DNA of 64,000 nucleotides from Myxococcales bacterium (lineage in GTDB: Bacteria; Myxococcota_A; Polyangia; Polyangiales; Polyangiaceae). The stretch spans positions 314,050 through 378,049 of the forward strand of contig JADJCA010000011.1 of the NCBI GenBank assembly GCA_016703425.1. The letters run 5' to 3'. Position 1 is the first letter of the stretch; every line of letters begins with the position of its first letter. Both the position numbers and the translations under genes were made by a program. Of this stretch, positions 55,040 through 64,000 are shown piece after piece. The notes below the pieces were generated by a model. It saw nothing but the letters and a program-made list of their open reading frames with translations, was not told the origin of the DNA and did not search any database.

Positions 55040-56086
55040 ATGTCCCTCCGTTTCGCGTTCTGTTTCGCGGCCCTCTCGGCAACGCTCGTCACGACCACGC
55101 TCACCCTGATCCCTGCCTCCGTCGCGCAGGCGGCCGATCCGGAGCCGCCGGCGAGCGAGTGCACGGTGCTCAACTACGCGGCCTACGCCAACCCGGCCGA
55201 CGGCGCCGCCGACGCGTACATGTTCTCCGGTTCGTGCAAGTTCAACGTTGCGCCGGCCGGCAAGCCCCCGGCCTTCGAGAGGATCCACGTTCAGATCGAG
55301 GGCGAGTGGTCGCCGAAGCTCAAGCGCGCGTCAGAGATCGTCAAGATGGTACGGCCGGAAGGTACGCGGACGTTTTCGACCTGGGCCACGTGTGACGCGA
55401 ACCCCTTCATCATGGGGTCCGCGCCGGTTTGCAAAGATCGGGGCATGGGCGGCCAGGACTTCGCCCTCAACATCCGCCGCGACGACGCACCGCTCGCCAA
55501 GTCGCGCGTGAACGCAGCGGCCGTGGCAGCGCTGACGGCGCGCTTGGATTCGCGCGCGAAGCTACGCTACGTCGGCCTCATCAAGGACCTGGTTCTCGCG
55601 CCGGACCAGCGCCCGGTGGGCCAAGAAACGACGGCGCGCGTCAGCTTCGTGGGCGGCGCGGCCGCGTGCCCCATGGAGATCGACTTCGGCGACGGCTACG
55701 TGCGCAACGCGACCTCGCCCGACGAGGCGACGCTCACGCTCGGGAGCCACGCGTACCAGAAGGCGGGGACCTACGACGTCGTGGCCCGCGCCCTTCCCGG
55801 CTGCAGCGGCAGCGCCACGAGCAAGATGACGGTGACGGCCCCGCCGGGCGCCGCAACTCCGCCCCCGGCGCCGACGGGCAACGGCACCCTCATCGCCGTC
55901 GCCGTCGGCGGGAGCTGCACCTTCTCGGTCAACGGCGCCGCCAAGGGCACGAGCTCGCAGCTCAAGCTGTCGGTGCCGCCGGGCACGTATTCGGTGACGT
56001 GCAAGCCGGCGTCCGGTGCCCAGAAGACCCGCTCGGTCATCATCAAGTCGGGCGAACCCGCGATGGCGATGTTCAAGCTGCAGTAG
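55040..56086 (+). CDS. Secreted hypothetical protein.
   Basis: Internal ATG of track ORF 53957..56086. Signal peptide MSLRFAFCFAALSATLVTTTLTLIPASVAQA. Non-repetitive Cys-containing extracellular domain. Confidence 0.55.
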   Translation: MSLRFAFCFAALSATLVTTTLTLIPASVAQAADPEPPASECTVLNYAAYANPADGAADAYMFSGSCKFNVAPAGKPPAFERIHVQIEGEWSPKLKRASEIVKMVRPEGTRTFSTWATCDANPFIMGSAPVCKDRGMGGQDFALNIRRDDAPLAKSRVNAAAVAALTARLDSRAKLRYVGLIKDLVLAPDQRPVGQETTARVSFVGGAAACPMEIDFGDGYVRNATSPDEATLTLGSHAYQKAGTYDVVARALPGCSGSATSKMTVTAPPGAATPPPAPTGNGTLIAVAVGGSCTFSVNGAAKGTSSQLKLSVPPGTYSVTCKPASGAQKTRSVIIKSGEPAMAMFKLQ

Positions 56087-56308
56087 CGCTGGGCTCGCCC
56101 CTTCGCAGCCCCCCCGCGCGGGGTATGGGCCCCCCACGCTTCGTGTTGGAGCGGGAGGTTTCCATGTGCGCTCGATCCAGCGCTCCGCTGCGACGCGCGC
56201 GCTTGCGATGGGAAAACAGGCGGAACGCCGGCTCCGACGGCGGCCGGCGACGGCACATGAGTTGCTCGTTGCTCTCCATGCCGCGACGTGCGGCAACTGG
56301 AGGCTCCG

Positions 56309-57211
56309 ATGACGACTTCGCATGCTTGGCGCGCCCTCACGATTGGTCTGTTCACCGTAGCCTTGGGGCTCACCACGGGCTGCAGTGGCGGCGCCGAGAG
56401 CGAAGAGCCTGCGGGGGACGGCACGGCGGAGGGCGCGGTCGAGCTACGCGATGACGTCCTCGCCGGTGGCGGACGCTTCGCCGTCACGCAGGTCAGTGAC
56501 GGCCAGTGGGTGTGGAACCTCAAGGCCAGAAACGGCGAGACGGTCCTCCAATCGGAGCGCTATGCGTCGAAGCAAAACGCTGAGAAGGGCATCGCGTCGG
56601 TCCTGCGCAACATCTTCAACGACGCGCGCATCGAGCTAAGGGAGAACCTCTCCTTCGCGGTGATGGCGAAGAACGGCCAGGAAGTCGGGCGCAGCGAGCG
56701 CTACGCAACGGCGAGCAATCGGACGCGTGCCATCGCCGGCATCCGCGCGCTCGTGGCCGGCTTCGCGGAGCAGGACTCGGAGGCGCCGTCGCCGCCGATG
56801 GCGGGCCTCGAGGTGCCCACGAACCAAGTCCTCGTCGTGCCCGCTGGTGACGGCTTCCGAATTCGCCTCGTCGACGCGAGGGGCAAGCTCTACGCGCGCA
56901 TGCCCGGGGGCAAGAAGCTCTCGAACGCGGAGCTGGAGGAGTGGTTCTTTGCGTTCGAGGGGCTCACGTTGAACGCGCGAGACGAGCACGGCTTGCCGAT
57001 TTCGCAGGGCGGCGCGATGGAGAACGTGCAGGTGCTTCAGGGGTCCGCCGGGTGGTACTTCCACTTCGTCGACTTCGACCGCAACGCCCAAGGCCTCTAC
57101 GAGCGACGCATCCTGATGACGAGCCCGAAGACCGACTATCCGTCGGAGAGCGCAGCGCGCGAGGCCGCGAAGGCCGCGATGGACGTGCTCGACCACTCGC
57201 CCATGGGTTGA
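56309..57211 (+). CDS. Lipoprotein with tandem YegP/DUF1508-like domains.
   Basis: Lipobox LGLTTGCSG. Repeated segments resembling the UPF0339/YegP domain (GGRFAVTQVSDGQWVWNLKARNGETVLQSERYASKQNAEKGIASV; AVMAKNGQEVGRSERYATASNRTRAIAGI; GWYFHFVDFDRNAQGLYERRILMTSPKTDYPSESAAREAAKAAM). Confidence 0.55.
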   Translation: MTTSHAWRALTIGLFTVALGLTTGCSGGAESEEPAGDGTAEGAVELRDDVLAGGGRFAVTQVSDGQWVWNLKARNGETVLQSERYASKQNAEKGIASVLRNIFNDARIELRENLSFAVMAKNGQEVGRSERYATASNRTRAIAGIRALVAGFAEQDSEAPSPPMAGLEVPTNQVLVVPAGDGFRIRLVDARGKLYARMPGGKKLSNAELEEWFFAFEGLTLNARDEHGLPISQGGAMENVQVLQGSAGWYFHFVDFDRNAQGLYERRILMTSPKTDYPSESAAREAAKAAMDVLDHSPMG

Positions 57212-57242
57212 GCGGCGCGGCGCCTCGGGCCGCCGACGAGCC

Positions 57243-58115
57243 TCACCGACGCGCGATGAGGGCGACGCCTGCGAGGCTCACGGCGGCGGCCGCCAGCGTC
57301 ATGACGGTGACCGTTTCGCCGCCGTAGGCGTAACCGAGGACGACGGCGACGAGCGGATTCACGTACGCGTAGGACGTCGCGAGCACGGGGCGCACGTTTC
57401 GCAAGAGCCAGCTGTAGGCCGTAAAGGCCAGCACGGAGCCGAAGAGCGTTAGGTAAAGGACGGCGGCGAGCGAGCGTGCGGAAGGCACTTGGAGCACGCG
57501 CTCGCCCGTGGCGATCGCGAGCGCGACGAGGGTGACGCCACCGACGACCATCTGCGTCGCCGTTGCCATGGCACCCTTCGGAAGCGGCAGCTTGCCGCTC
57601 ATCACCGAGCCGGCGGCCCACGCGACGGGTGCCATCAAGAGGACCAGTCCGCGCGCATCGAAGAGGAGTCCGCCGCCGAGGTTCAAGAGGACGACGCCCG
57701 CAAAGCCGAGCGCGAGCCCGAGCCATTCGCGCCCGCTAGCGCGCAGCCCCGCGAGGCGCGCGAAGGCGGCGGCCCAGATGGGCATCGATGCGACAACGAC
57801 AGCGGCAACGCTCGACGAGACGGATTGCTCGGCGATGGCGAGGGCGCCGTTGCCGAAGGTCAAGAGGAGCACGCCGATCTTCGCGCTCGCGAGCCACTCG
57901 GTGCGCGTCGGAGCCGGTGCGCCGCGGAGCCGTAGGAAGGCGTACATGCCACCGCCAGCGAGCAGAAACCGCGGGCCCGCCATCGTGAACGGCGGGAGCG
58001 TCTCGAGAGCCACGCGCATCGCGAAGTAAGTCGAACCCCAGACGACGTAGACAGACAAGAGCGCGAGCGCGACGAGCGCGTTGCGCGGCGCGACCGGCTG
58101 CGTCGGCGCGGTCAT
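57243..58115 (-). CDS. EamA/DMT-superfamily transporter.
   Basis: 10 TM. Duplicated EamA domains (..VWGSTYFAMRVAL.. etc.). Confidence 0.8.
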   Translation of the reverse strand: MTAPTQPVAPRNALVALALLSVYVVWGSTYFAMRVALETLPPFTMAGPRFLLAGGGMYAFLRLRGAPAPTRTEWLASAKIGVLLLTFGNGALAIAEQSVSSSVAAVVVASMPIWAAAFARLAGLRASGREWLGLALGFAGVVLLNLGGGLLFDARGLVLLMAPVAWAAGSVMSGKLPLPKGAMATATQMVVGGVTLVALAIATGERVLQVPSARSLAAVLYLTLFGSVLAFTAYSWLLRNVRPVLATSYAYVNPLVAVVLGYAYGGETVTVMTLAAAAVSLAGVALIARR

Positions 58116-58349
58116 CGAATCACGGCGAAGAGCTCCGCCGAGAGCGGCTCCCTGTCCTCACGCCACGGAGGTGCCTCCCGAACCGCGTCGACGGGCGCCG
58201 AACAGACTGAGCAGGGCTGTCGAACGCGGTGGCGATGGCGCCGACGGTAAGCACGGCTCGCAGCATACTCGCTCCAGCGGGAGTGGAGCTCGAGCGTCGT
58301 GACGGGTCGCACGCTCGCGGTCGTCGCCGCCAAGACGTAACGTGCCTCC

Positions 58350-58751
58350 ATGCGCGTCCTCTTCCTCTACGCGGAACGATTTCGATTTCGGACGCACCAC
58401 AAGGCGCTTGAGAGCGCCCCCGACGACGACCGCGACGTGACGGTGACGAACGCGGCGCTGGCTTTCGTCCACGCCGAGCCTGACGACGGCGCCGAGCAAG
58501 AGACGAAGCTCGTGAAGAACCTCAAGTGGGTCGCGGGGAAGTTCGAGTCCAAGCGTTGCGTCCTTCACTACTTCGCTCACCTCGGCGAGGCGCGCCTCGA
58601 GGCGGAGGCTACGAGAGCGCTCCTTGAGCGCGTGCGGTCGCGCCTCTCGGGTGCCGGCTATGAGGTCGTCGTCACACCCTTTGGGCACTTTTGCGATCTG
58701 GGGATTGAGCTCCCCGGTGACTCGATGGCGCGGATCTACAAGCAATTCTAG
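58350..58751 (+). CDS. Small protein resembling the archaeal-type threonyl-tRNA synthetase editing domain (tRNA-Thr_ED-like); tentative.
   Basis: 133 aa: MRVLFLYAERFRF...LAFVHAEPDD...CVLHYFAHLGEARLEAEATRALLERVRSRLSGAGYEVVVTPFGHFCDLGIELPG. The pattern recalls the stand-alone tRNA-Thr_ED family; assignment by memory only. Confidence 0.35.
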   Translation: MRVLFLYAERFRFRTHHKALESAPDDDRDVTVTNAALAFVHAEPDDGAEQETKLVKNLKWVAGKFESKRCVLHYFAHLGEARLEAEATRALLERVRSRLSGAGYEVVVTPFGHFCDLGIELPGDSMARIYKQF

Positions 58752-59373
58752 CGGGCGAATCAGCCTCGCCGCTTCGGGGCGGCGAAGGCCTGAGCTCATC
58801 CGCGGGGACGTGCAAGGCGTGCAGCTCAACCGCGTGGCTACCGGGACGCGACTTGACACCGGTGGGACGGCGGCGCAAAAGCATGGGTCCGTGTTTCGCA
58901 ATGTTTTGTGGCTCATCGCCTTCGTCGTCGGCATGCTCGGCGTGAGCAGGTCGGCCACGACGAGCAGGCTGGCAATAACCGTCGCCGAAGCGGGCTCGCG
59001 AGCCGTGGTTTCGCAGGCGGCGGCCCGCCCCACGGCGGGGCAGCCTTCCCAACGCGGGACGTTGCGCCACGCGCACCACGACGCCGGGTGCGATCAGACC
59101 GGGGAGGTCGAGGCCGACGACCTGGGCGAGGTCGACGACGCCGACCCCTTTGGTCCGGCAAACGGAGTCGACGACGAGGACGCCGAAGACGCCATGGTGG
59201 CCACGTGCCGCCTCGATCTCTCGCGCTTGCGTACCGAGACGCGACCTCAACCGTGTTCCCTAGTGGCCGCACGCCCCGGAAGCCGCGACGTCGACATTCC
59301 GCCACCGCGGAGCGCCTAGCTTCAGGTCACTCTCGGGCCGCGTTCGGCCCTGAGCAGCGGTGGTTCGTCGGAG

Positions 59374-60636
59374 GTGCTGGTGTCTCTTATCCAACTGGGC
59401 ATGAGTTGTGTCGTCGCCTTTGGGTTGACGTTGGTCGCCGCGGAAGCGCGCGCCGCCGACGAGGGCCCGGTGTCGTTGACGCTAGCCGAGAGCCTCGCCC
59501 GCGCCGAGGCGCAGGCGCCGGAGGTCATCATGGCAGGCCACGAGCTGCGCGACGCAGCGGCGCGCCGCGTCGGCGCTGGCCTCATATTGCCCTCAAACCC
59601 CCGGCTCTCGGTCGACGCGCGACCCGTGCTCCGAGGCGGCTCGCTGAGCGACGTCGGCTACGCCGCGACGGCAGACATGCTCTTCGAACCTGGCGGAGCG
59701 CCTAGGGCTCGCGTCGAAGAGGCCGACCGCTTCAAGAGCCTGGCGCAGTCGGAGCTCCGCATCCACCGACTCTCGGCTCGAGCGCGAGCGTTCTCCGCGT
59801 ACCTTCGCGCCCTCATCGCCGAGCAGCGTGTGAGGGAGTCGCGCGCCGCTGTAGAGCTAGGGGAGCGCGTTCTCAGCGCCTCCCGCGACCGAGCCGACGC
59901 GGGCGCGTCCGGTGACATCGAACGCAGCCTGGCGGAGAGCGAACTCGGTCTGTCCCGTGCCTCGCTCAGCGCCGAGGAGCAACGGCAGTTCGACTACGTC
60001 ATGGACCTTCGCGATGCGATGGACCTTCCGGCCGACACGGGCGTCACGCTGACGACGCCCCTCACGGACCCGCAGCCCGTGCCTCCGCCGGCAACGCTGG
60101 TGCCGAAGGCCGTCTCGTCGCGCGCCGATCTCGATACGATTCGCCGTCGCATCGACCTCTTGCTGGCAACGGAGACGCGCCTCGAACGGGAGACCTTCCC
60201 GAAGGTCGGAGGCTACGTGGGCGTCGACGCGACGCCACTGTCACCCATGGTGGGCATCGTCGGGGTGTCCGTAGAGCTACCGGTGGCGCAGCGGAACCAG
60301 GGGCCACTCGCGCGCACCGCAGCCCAAAGGACCGGCGAGGAAGAGCACCTCGTGCTGGAGGCGCGCCGCATCGTGCGCGAGGTCTACGCGACGCACGCGA
60401 TCTTCGAGGCGCGGAGGCGGGAGCTCGGCATCTTGACGATCACGGCCCTGCCGGCGGCGGAACGCACGCTGGTGCTCGTCGAGAGCGGCTGGCGCTCCGG
60501 CCGCTTCGACATTTTTCGCGTCGTGAGCGCGGCACGCGACCTCGCGCGTGTCCGCACCGCGCGGCTCGACGCGCTCGAAACGGCTTGGCTCGCGCGCATC
60601 GCCATTGACCGCGCCGTTGGAGGACTCGAACCATGA
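59374..60636 (+). CDS. czcC: Outer-membrane efflux protein, CzcC/TolC family.
   Basis: Signal peptide. Two-repeat helical/beta architecture typical of OEP. First gene of an operon with an RND adaptor and an HME-RND pump. Confidence 0.8.
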   Translation: MLVSLIQLGMSCVVAFGLTLVAAEARAADEGPVSLTLAESLARAEAQAPEVIMAGHELRDAAARRVGAGLILPSNPRLSVDARPVLRGGSLSDVGYAATADMLFEPGGAPRARVEEADRFKSLAQSELRIHRLSARARAFSAYLRALIAEQRVRESRAAVELGERVLSASRDRADAGASGDIERSLAESELGLSRASLSAEEQRQFDYVMDLRDAMDLPADTGVTLTTPLTDPQPVPPPATLVPKAVSSRADLDTIRRRIDLLLATETRLERETFPKVGGYVGVDATPLSPMVGIVGVSVELPVAQRNQGPLARTAAQRTGEEEHLVLEARRIVREVYATHAIFEARRRELGILTITALPAAERTLVLVESGWRSGRFDIFRVVSAARDLARVRTARLDALETAWLARIAIDRAVGGLEP

Positions 60637-61847
60637 GTGGTGAAGCCGGTAACCCGACAACCAAGAGCCGCGGCCTCGTGAGCGTGGGCGTCCCCAGTCC
60701 ACGCGCTCGGGTATTGCGAGTGGTTGCGGTGGCGAGCCTGGTGATCGGCGTCGGCCTTGCGGTCATGGTCGCGCTCAAGAAGACCAAGGTCCCCGACGCC
60801 TCTGTAGCGCCACCGCGAGACGTGGCACGTCTCGACGGGAAGTGGATCCGCTTCTCCAAAGAATTCGCGCTCCGCGCCGGCATTGAATCGGCCGTCGTCG
60901 AGCAGGCGTCTTTGGAGCCGACCATCAGCGTCACGGGCGCCGCAACATTCGACCCGGAGGCCGTCGCGGCTGTTGGCGCCCGAATCGCCGGGCGCGTCCG
61001 CAAGGTGGTGAAGTACCCTGGCGACGCCGTGAAGCGGGGCGAAGTGCTTGCGGAGCTGGAGAGCGCCGAGCTAGGCCAGGCGCAAGCGGCGGTGTTGTCT
61101 GCGCGGGCTCACGTGGAGGCCGCGACGGCGAACGAGGCCCGCGAGAAGCAGCTCGCCGAGGCCCGTGTTTCGTCGATGCGTGACTTCGAGCTTGCGCGCG
61201 CCACAGCGCAAGCGACACGAGCCGAACTTCACGCGGCGGAGCAGAAGGTGCGCGCGCTGGGTGGCGCTGGCGGCGGCGAAATCGGTGTCATGGCGCTGAC
61301 GTCACCGATCGACGGCAAGGTCGTCGAGCTGCGCGCGTCACGCGGTCAGTCTGTGGAGCCCAGCCACACCGTCTTCAAGGTCGCCGACATCCGCTCGTTG
61401 TGGATCGAGTTGGCCGTCTTCGAGCGAGAGCTGGGCCACGTTCGCCGTGGCGACGTCGTCGAGATGTCGCCACAGACAAACACGCAGATGCTCGTGCGCG
61501 GGAAGGTCGCCCACGTTGGAGACATCATCGACCTCGACACGCGAAGCGCGCAGGTGCGCGTCGAGATCGACAATCGAGAAGAGAAGCTTCGGCCTGGGCA
61601 GTCCGTGATCGCGAGGATCCACACGCAGACGGCGCCGCTATCGGTCGTCGTCCCACGAGACGCGGTCACCACAGTAGACGGCAAAGCCACGGTGTTCTTG
61701 GTGCACGAGGAGACGGCCGTTGAGCCCCGCGCGGTGATCGTCGGCTCGCGCGACGGAACCCGCGTCCAGATCAAGCAAGGTCTGGAGGTTGGCGAGCGAG
61801 TCGTGGTGAAGGGCGTCTTCGCGCTCAAGTCCGAGGTCTTTCGATGA
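60633..61847 (+). CDS. czcB: RND efflux periplasmic adaptor subunit (CzcB/CusB family).
   Basis: N-terminal TM. Biotinyl/lipoyl-like hairpin and beta-barrel domains (..VSVTGAATFDPE..; ..SPIDGKVVELRASRGQSVEP..). ATGA overlap with the upstream gene. Confidence 0.85.
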   Translation: MSGEAGNPTTKSRGLVSVGVPSPRARVLRVVAVASLVIGVGLAVMVALKKTKVPDASVAPPRDVARLDGKWIRFSKEFALRAGIESAVVEQASLEPTISVTGAATFDPEAVAAVGARIAGRVRKVVKYPGDAVKRGEVLAELESAELGQAQAAVLSARAHVEAATANEAREKQLAEARVSSMRDFELARATAQATRAELHAAEQKVRALGGAGGGEIGVMALTSPIDGKVVELRASRGQSVEPSHTVFKVADIRSLWIELAVFERELGHVRRGDVVEMSPQTNTQMLVRGKVAHVGDIIDLDTRSAQVRVEIDNREEKLRPGQSVIARIHTQTAPLSVVVPRDAVTTVDGKATVFLVHEETAVEPRAVIVGSRDGTRVQIKQGLEVGERVVVKGVFALKSEVFR

Positions 61848-61869
61848 TGAAGCGACGAAACGCCGCCCG

Positions 61870-64000
61870 ATGTTAACAAGCCTCATCGAAATATCGGTCC
61901 GCTTCCGGATCATGGTGCTCACCCTCTTCGTCGTCCTCCTCGCGGCCGGCGGATGGGCCGCCACCACACTTCCGATCGACGCCATCCCTGACGTGTCCAC
62001 GACTCAGGTCTCGGTGCTCACCGAGGCGCCGGGCCTCTCTCCCATCGAGATTGAGCGCACCGTGACGTTCCCCATGGAGGCGGCGCTCAACGGAACCCCC
62101 AACCTGGTAGAACTTCGCTCTGTTTCGCGCTCAGGCCTCTCGGCAGTGACCGTCATCTTCAAAGACGGAACAGACCTCTGGCTCGCGCGCCAGATCGTGT
62201 TGGAGCGCGTGCGGAGCGTTGAATCCGACCTGCCAAAGATTGCGAAGAAGCCCGAACTGTCTCCCGTCTCGGGAGGCCTCGGCGAGATCTACCAGTTCGT
62301 GGTTCGCTCCGACCAGCACTCGCCGACCCAGCTGCGAACGATCCTCGATTGGGAGGTGCTGCCAAAGCTCCGAAGCGTTCCCGGCATCATCGAGGTCAAC
62401 ACGATGGGAGGCGACCTCAAGCAGTACCAGGTGCTGATCGATCGTGGTCGCCTCCGGGCCCATGAGATGACACTTCGCGAGGTAGCGAGCGCCCTCGAAA
62501 GCTCGAACCTGAGCGTCGGTGGCGGCTATCTAGACCGCAGCAGCGAGTCCTTCTCGCTGACCGGCGTCGGTCTCTTGCGCAACGAGGAAGAGATCGGCAA
62601 CGTCGTCTTGCGAACCGGCCGCGATGGCACGCCGCTTCTCGTCAAGAACGTCGCGACCGTGCGCGTCGGGGCGGCCCTCCGTCACGGCGTCATCACCCGC
62701 GATGGCGAGGGCGAAGCCGTTACCGGCATCGTGATGATGCTCGTAGGCGCCAACAGCCGCGACGTCGTTCATGCGGTGAAGCGGCGTGTCGTCGAGATCC
62801 AAAAGACCCTCCCGCCGGGCGTGATCATCGACCCGATCTACGACCGCTCCGACTTCGTGGGACGCACCCTTTCGACCGTCATGAAGAACCTCGTGGAGGG
62901 GGTCCTGGTCGTGACGTTCGTGCTGGCGCTCCTCTTGGGCACGGTGCGTGGCGCGCTGGTCGTCGTCGCCGGCATCCCAGCGTCGATGGCCATCGCGCTC
63001 TTTGGCATGCACCTCTTCGGCGTCACCGGCGACCTGATGAGTCTCGGCGCCATCGACTTCGGGTTCCTCGTCGACGGTCCCATCGTCATCCTAGAAGCGG
63101 TGATGGCAGCGGCGTCCGGCGCGCAGCTCGCATCGGCGGCCCGCGCGCGCGCCTATGCCAAGATCGCAGCCTCGGTGGCTCGGCCCGTCGCGTTCGCTGT
63201 GGCGATCATCATGCTGGTGTACCTGCCATTGCTCACGCTCGAAGGGATCGAGGGCAAGATGTTTCGGCCTATGGCCGTGACCATGGCCTGCGCGCTCTTC
63301 GGCGCTCTCGTCTACTCCGTTCTCTTCTTCCCGGCACTCCTTGTGACCTTCGTGCCGCCGCCGAAGAAGGGCGGCGCGACCTGGCTCTCGCGGCTCGAGG
63401 AGGCCTACGGCGAAACGCTGCGGCGCGCTATTGGGATGCGCTGGGTACTCTTGGGCGCGTTCACCGTCGCGCTCGCCGGCGCTGTCCTTCTCCTGGCGCG
63501 CGCCGGCGCAGACTTTCTGCCTCGCATCGAAGAAGGCGACGCCGTCGTCACCATTCGCCGTGCCCCATCGATGAGTCTGGCTCAAGCGAAGGAGCTCGAC
63601 CTTGCCGCCGAGCGCGTCCTCAGGCGCTTCCCCGAGGTCGTCACCTCGCTGGCCATGACGGGCCGCGCCGAGGTGGCCATCGACCCGGTGGGCAACGACA
63701 ACACCGACATCTTCGTCCACTTGAAGCCCAAGGAGCAGTGGACCACGACGCCAGATTTCGACGAGCTCTCGACGCGCATCAAGAACGCCATCGAGTCCGA
63801 CGTGCCGGGCACGTTCGTTTCCGTCTCGCAACCGATCGAGGACAAGACAAACGAGCTCATCTCCGGTTCACGCGCCGACGTACAGATCGCCCTGTTTGGC
63901 GACGAGCTGACCGAGCTCAAGAAGCTCAGCGAGGCGGTCGGCGGCGTGGCCCGCACCGTCCGTGGTGCCGGCGACGTGCGCGTCGAGCGCGTTCTTGGTG
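61870..64000 (+). CDS. czcA: Heavy-metal efflux RND permease (CzcA/CusA family), 5' ~710 codons; the gene continues beyond the window.
   Basis: MLTSLIEISVRFRIMVLTLFVVLLAAGGWAATTLPIDAIPDVSTTQVSVLTEAPGLSPIEIERTVTFPMEAALNGTP... is the canonical HME-RND N-terminus. Not in the ORF track because it is open at the window end. Confidence 0.85.
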   Translation, partial: MLTSLIEISVRFRIMVLTLFVVLLAAGGWAATTLPIDAIPDVSTTQVSVLTEAPGLSPIEIERTVTFPMEAALNGTPNLVELRSVSRSGLSAVTVIFKDGTDLWLARQIVLERVRSVESDLPKIAKKPELSPVSGGLGEIYQFVVRSDQHSPTQLRTILDWEVLPKLRSVPGIIEVNTMGGDLKQYQVLIDRGRLRAHEMTLREVASALESSNLSVGGGYLDRSSESFSLTGVGLLRNEEEIGNVVLRTGRDGTPLLVKNVATVRVGAALRHGVITRDGEGEAVTGIVMMLVGANSRDVVHAVKRRVVEIQKTLPPGVIIDPIYDRSDFVGRTLSTVMKNLVEGVLVVTFVLALLLGTVRGALVVVAGIPASMAIALFGMHLFGVTGDLMSLGAIDFGFLVDGPIVILEAVMAAASGAQLASAARARAYAKIAASVARPVAFAVAIIMLVYLPLLTLEGIEGKMFRPMAVTMACALFGALVYSVLFFPALLVTFVPPPKKGGATWLSRLEEAYGETLRRAIGMRWVLLGAFTVALAGAVLLLARAGADFLPRIEEGDAVVTIRRAPSMSLAQAKELDLAAERVLRRFPEVVTSLAMTGRAEVAIDPVGNDNTDIFVHLKPKEQWTTTPDFDELSTRIKNAIESDVPGTFVSVSQPIEDKTNELISGSRADVQIALFGDELTELKKLSEAVGGVARTVRGAGDVRVERVLG

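Noticed and set aside
58672-59250. 192-aa minus ORF with a faint resemblance to CoA-binding proteins
   Set aside because: The resemblance did not hold when compared residue by residue with YccU-type proteins. Composition is Arg/Gly/Pro-rich.
1-64000. CRISPR arrays, rRNA, tRNA, IS elements/transposases, integrases
   Set aside because: No regularly spaced direct repeats, no rRNA-like conserved stretches, and no transposase or integrase motifs in any frame. The only mobile-element-like gene is the isolated HNH endonuclease.

Overview
High-GC (~70%) chromosomal segment, almost certainly from a myxobacterium (Myxococcota): a MYXO-CTERM sorting tail, two AgmX/PglI C-terminal-domain lipoproteins, CarD/CdnL, paired FHA and Ser/Thr-kinase genes, a lysine-rich histone-H1-like protein and many lipoproteins. 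Coding density is high on both strands. Most long six-frame ORFs that are Arg/Ala-rich are antisense artefacts of the GC bias. Most features are housekeeping or accessory genes: sensor kinase, TlpA-like thioredoxin, PhaR, an ECF sigma with a ZAS anti-sigma, gshB, rpe, CinA, FAH hydrolase, MqnA/D, a Tat-exported phospholipase C, MFS and EamA transporters, TlyA, a CPBP protease, a rhodanese, and a czcCBA-type RND efflux operon running off the right edge. Three loci stand out. (1) A minus-strand operon at 20334-22462 encodes a DUF692/MNIO-type enzyme and its DUF2063 partner, preceded by a 77-aa Cys-containing precursor-like gene with a lipoprotein (SPase II) signal peptide. An attenuator-like hairpin separates the precursor from the enzyme gene. 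This is a bufferin-like RiPP system whose substrate appears to be lipid-anchored, and it is the best candidate for a novel system. (2) A partial lasso-peptide cluster at the left edge: a divergent Asn-synthetase-like cyclase plus B2 protease and B1/PqqD RRE genes, with no precursor visible. (3) A NosL-family copper-chaperone lipoprotein in an operon with a Cys-motif membrane protein, an ABC ATPase and a small protein, without nosZ/nosD. There is also an orphan CcmE variant with CxxxY in place of HxxxY. Three genes carry apparent single-nucleotide frameshifts (2471-3425, 17545-18025, and the MNIO gene at a C5 run), which suggests either assembly indels or pseudogenisation. No rRNA, tRNA, CRISPR array or transposase was recognised.
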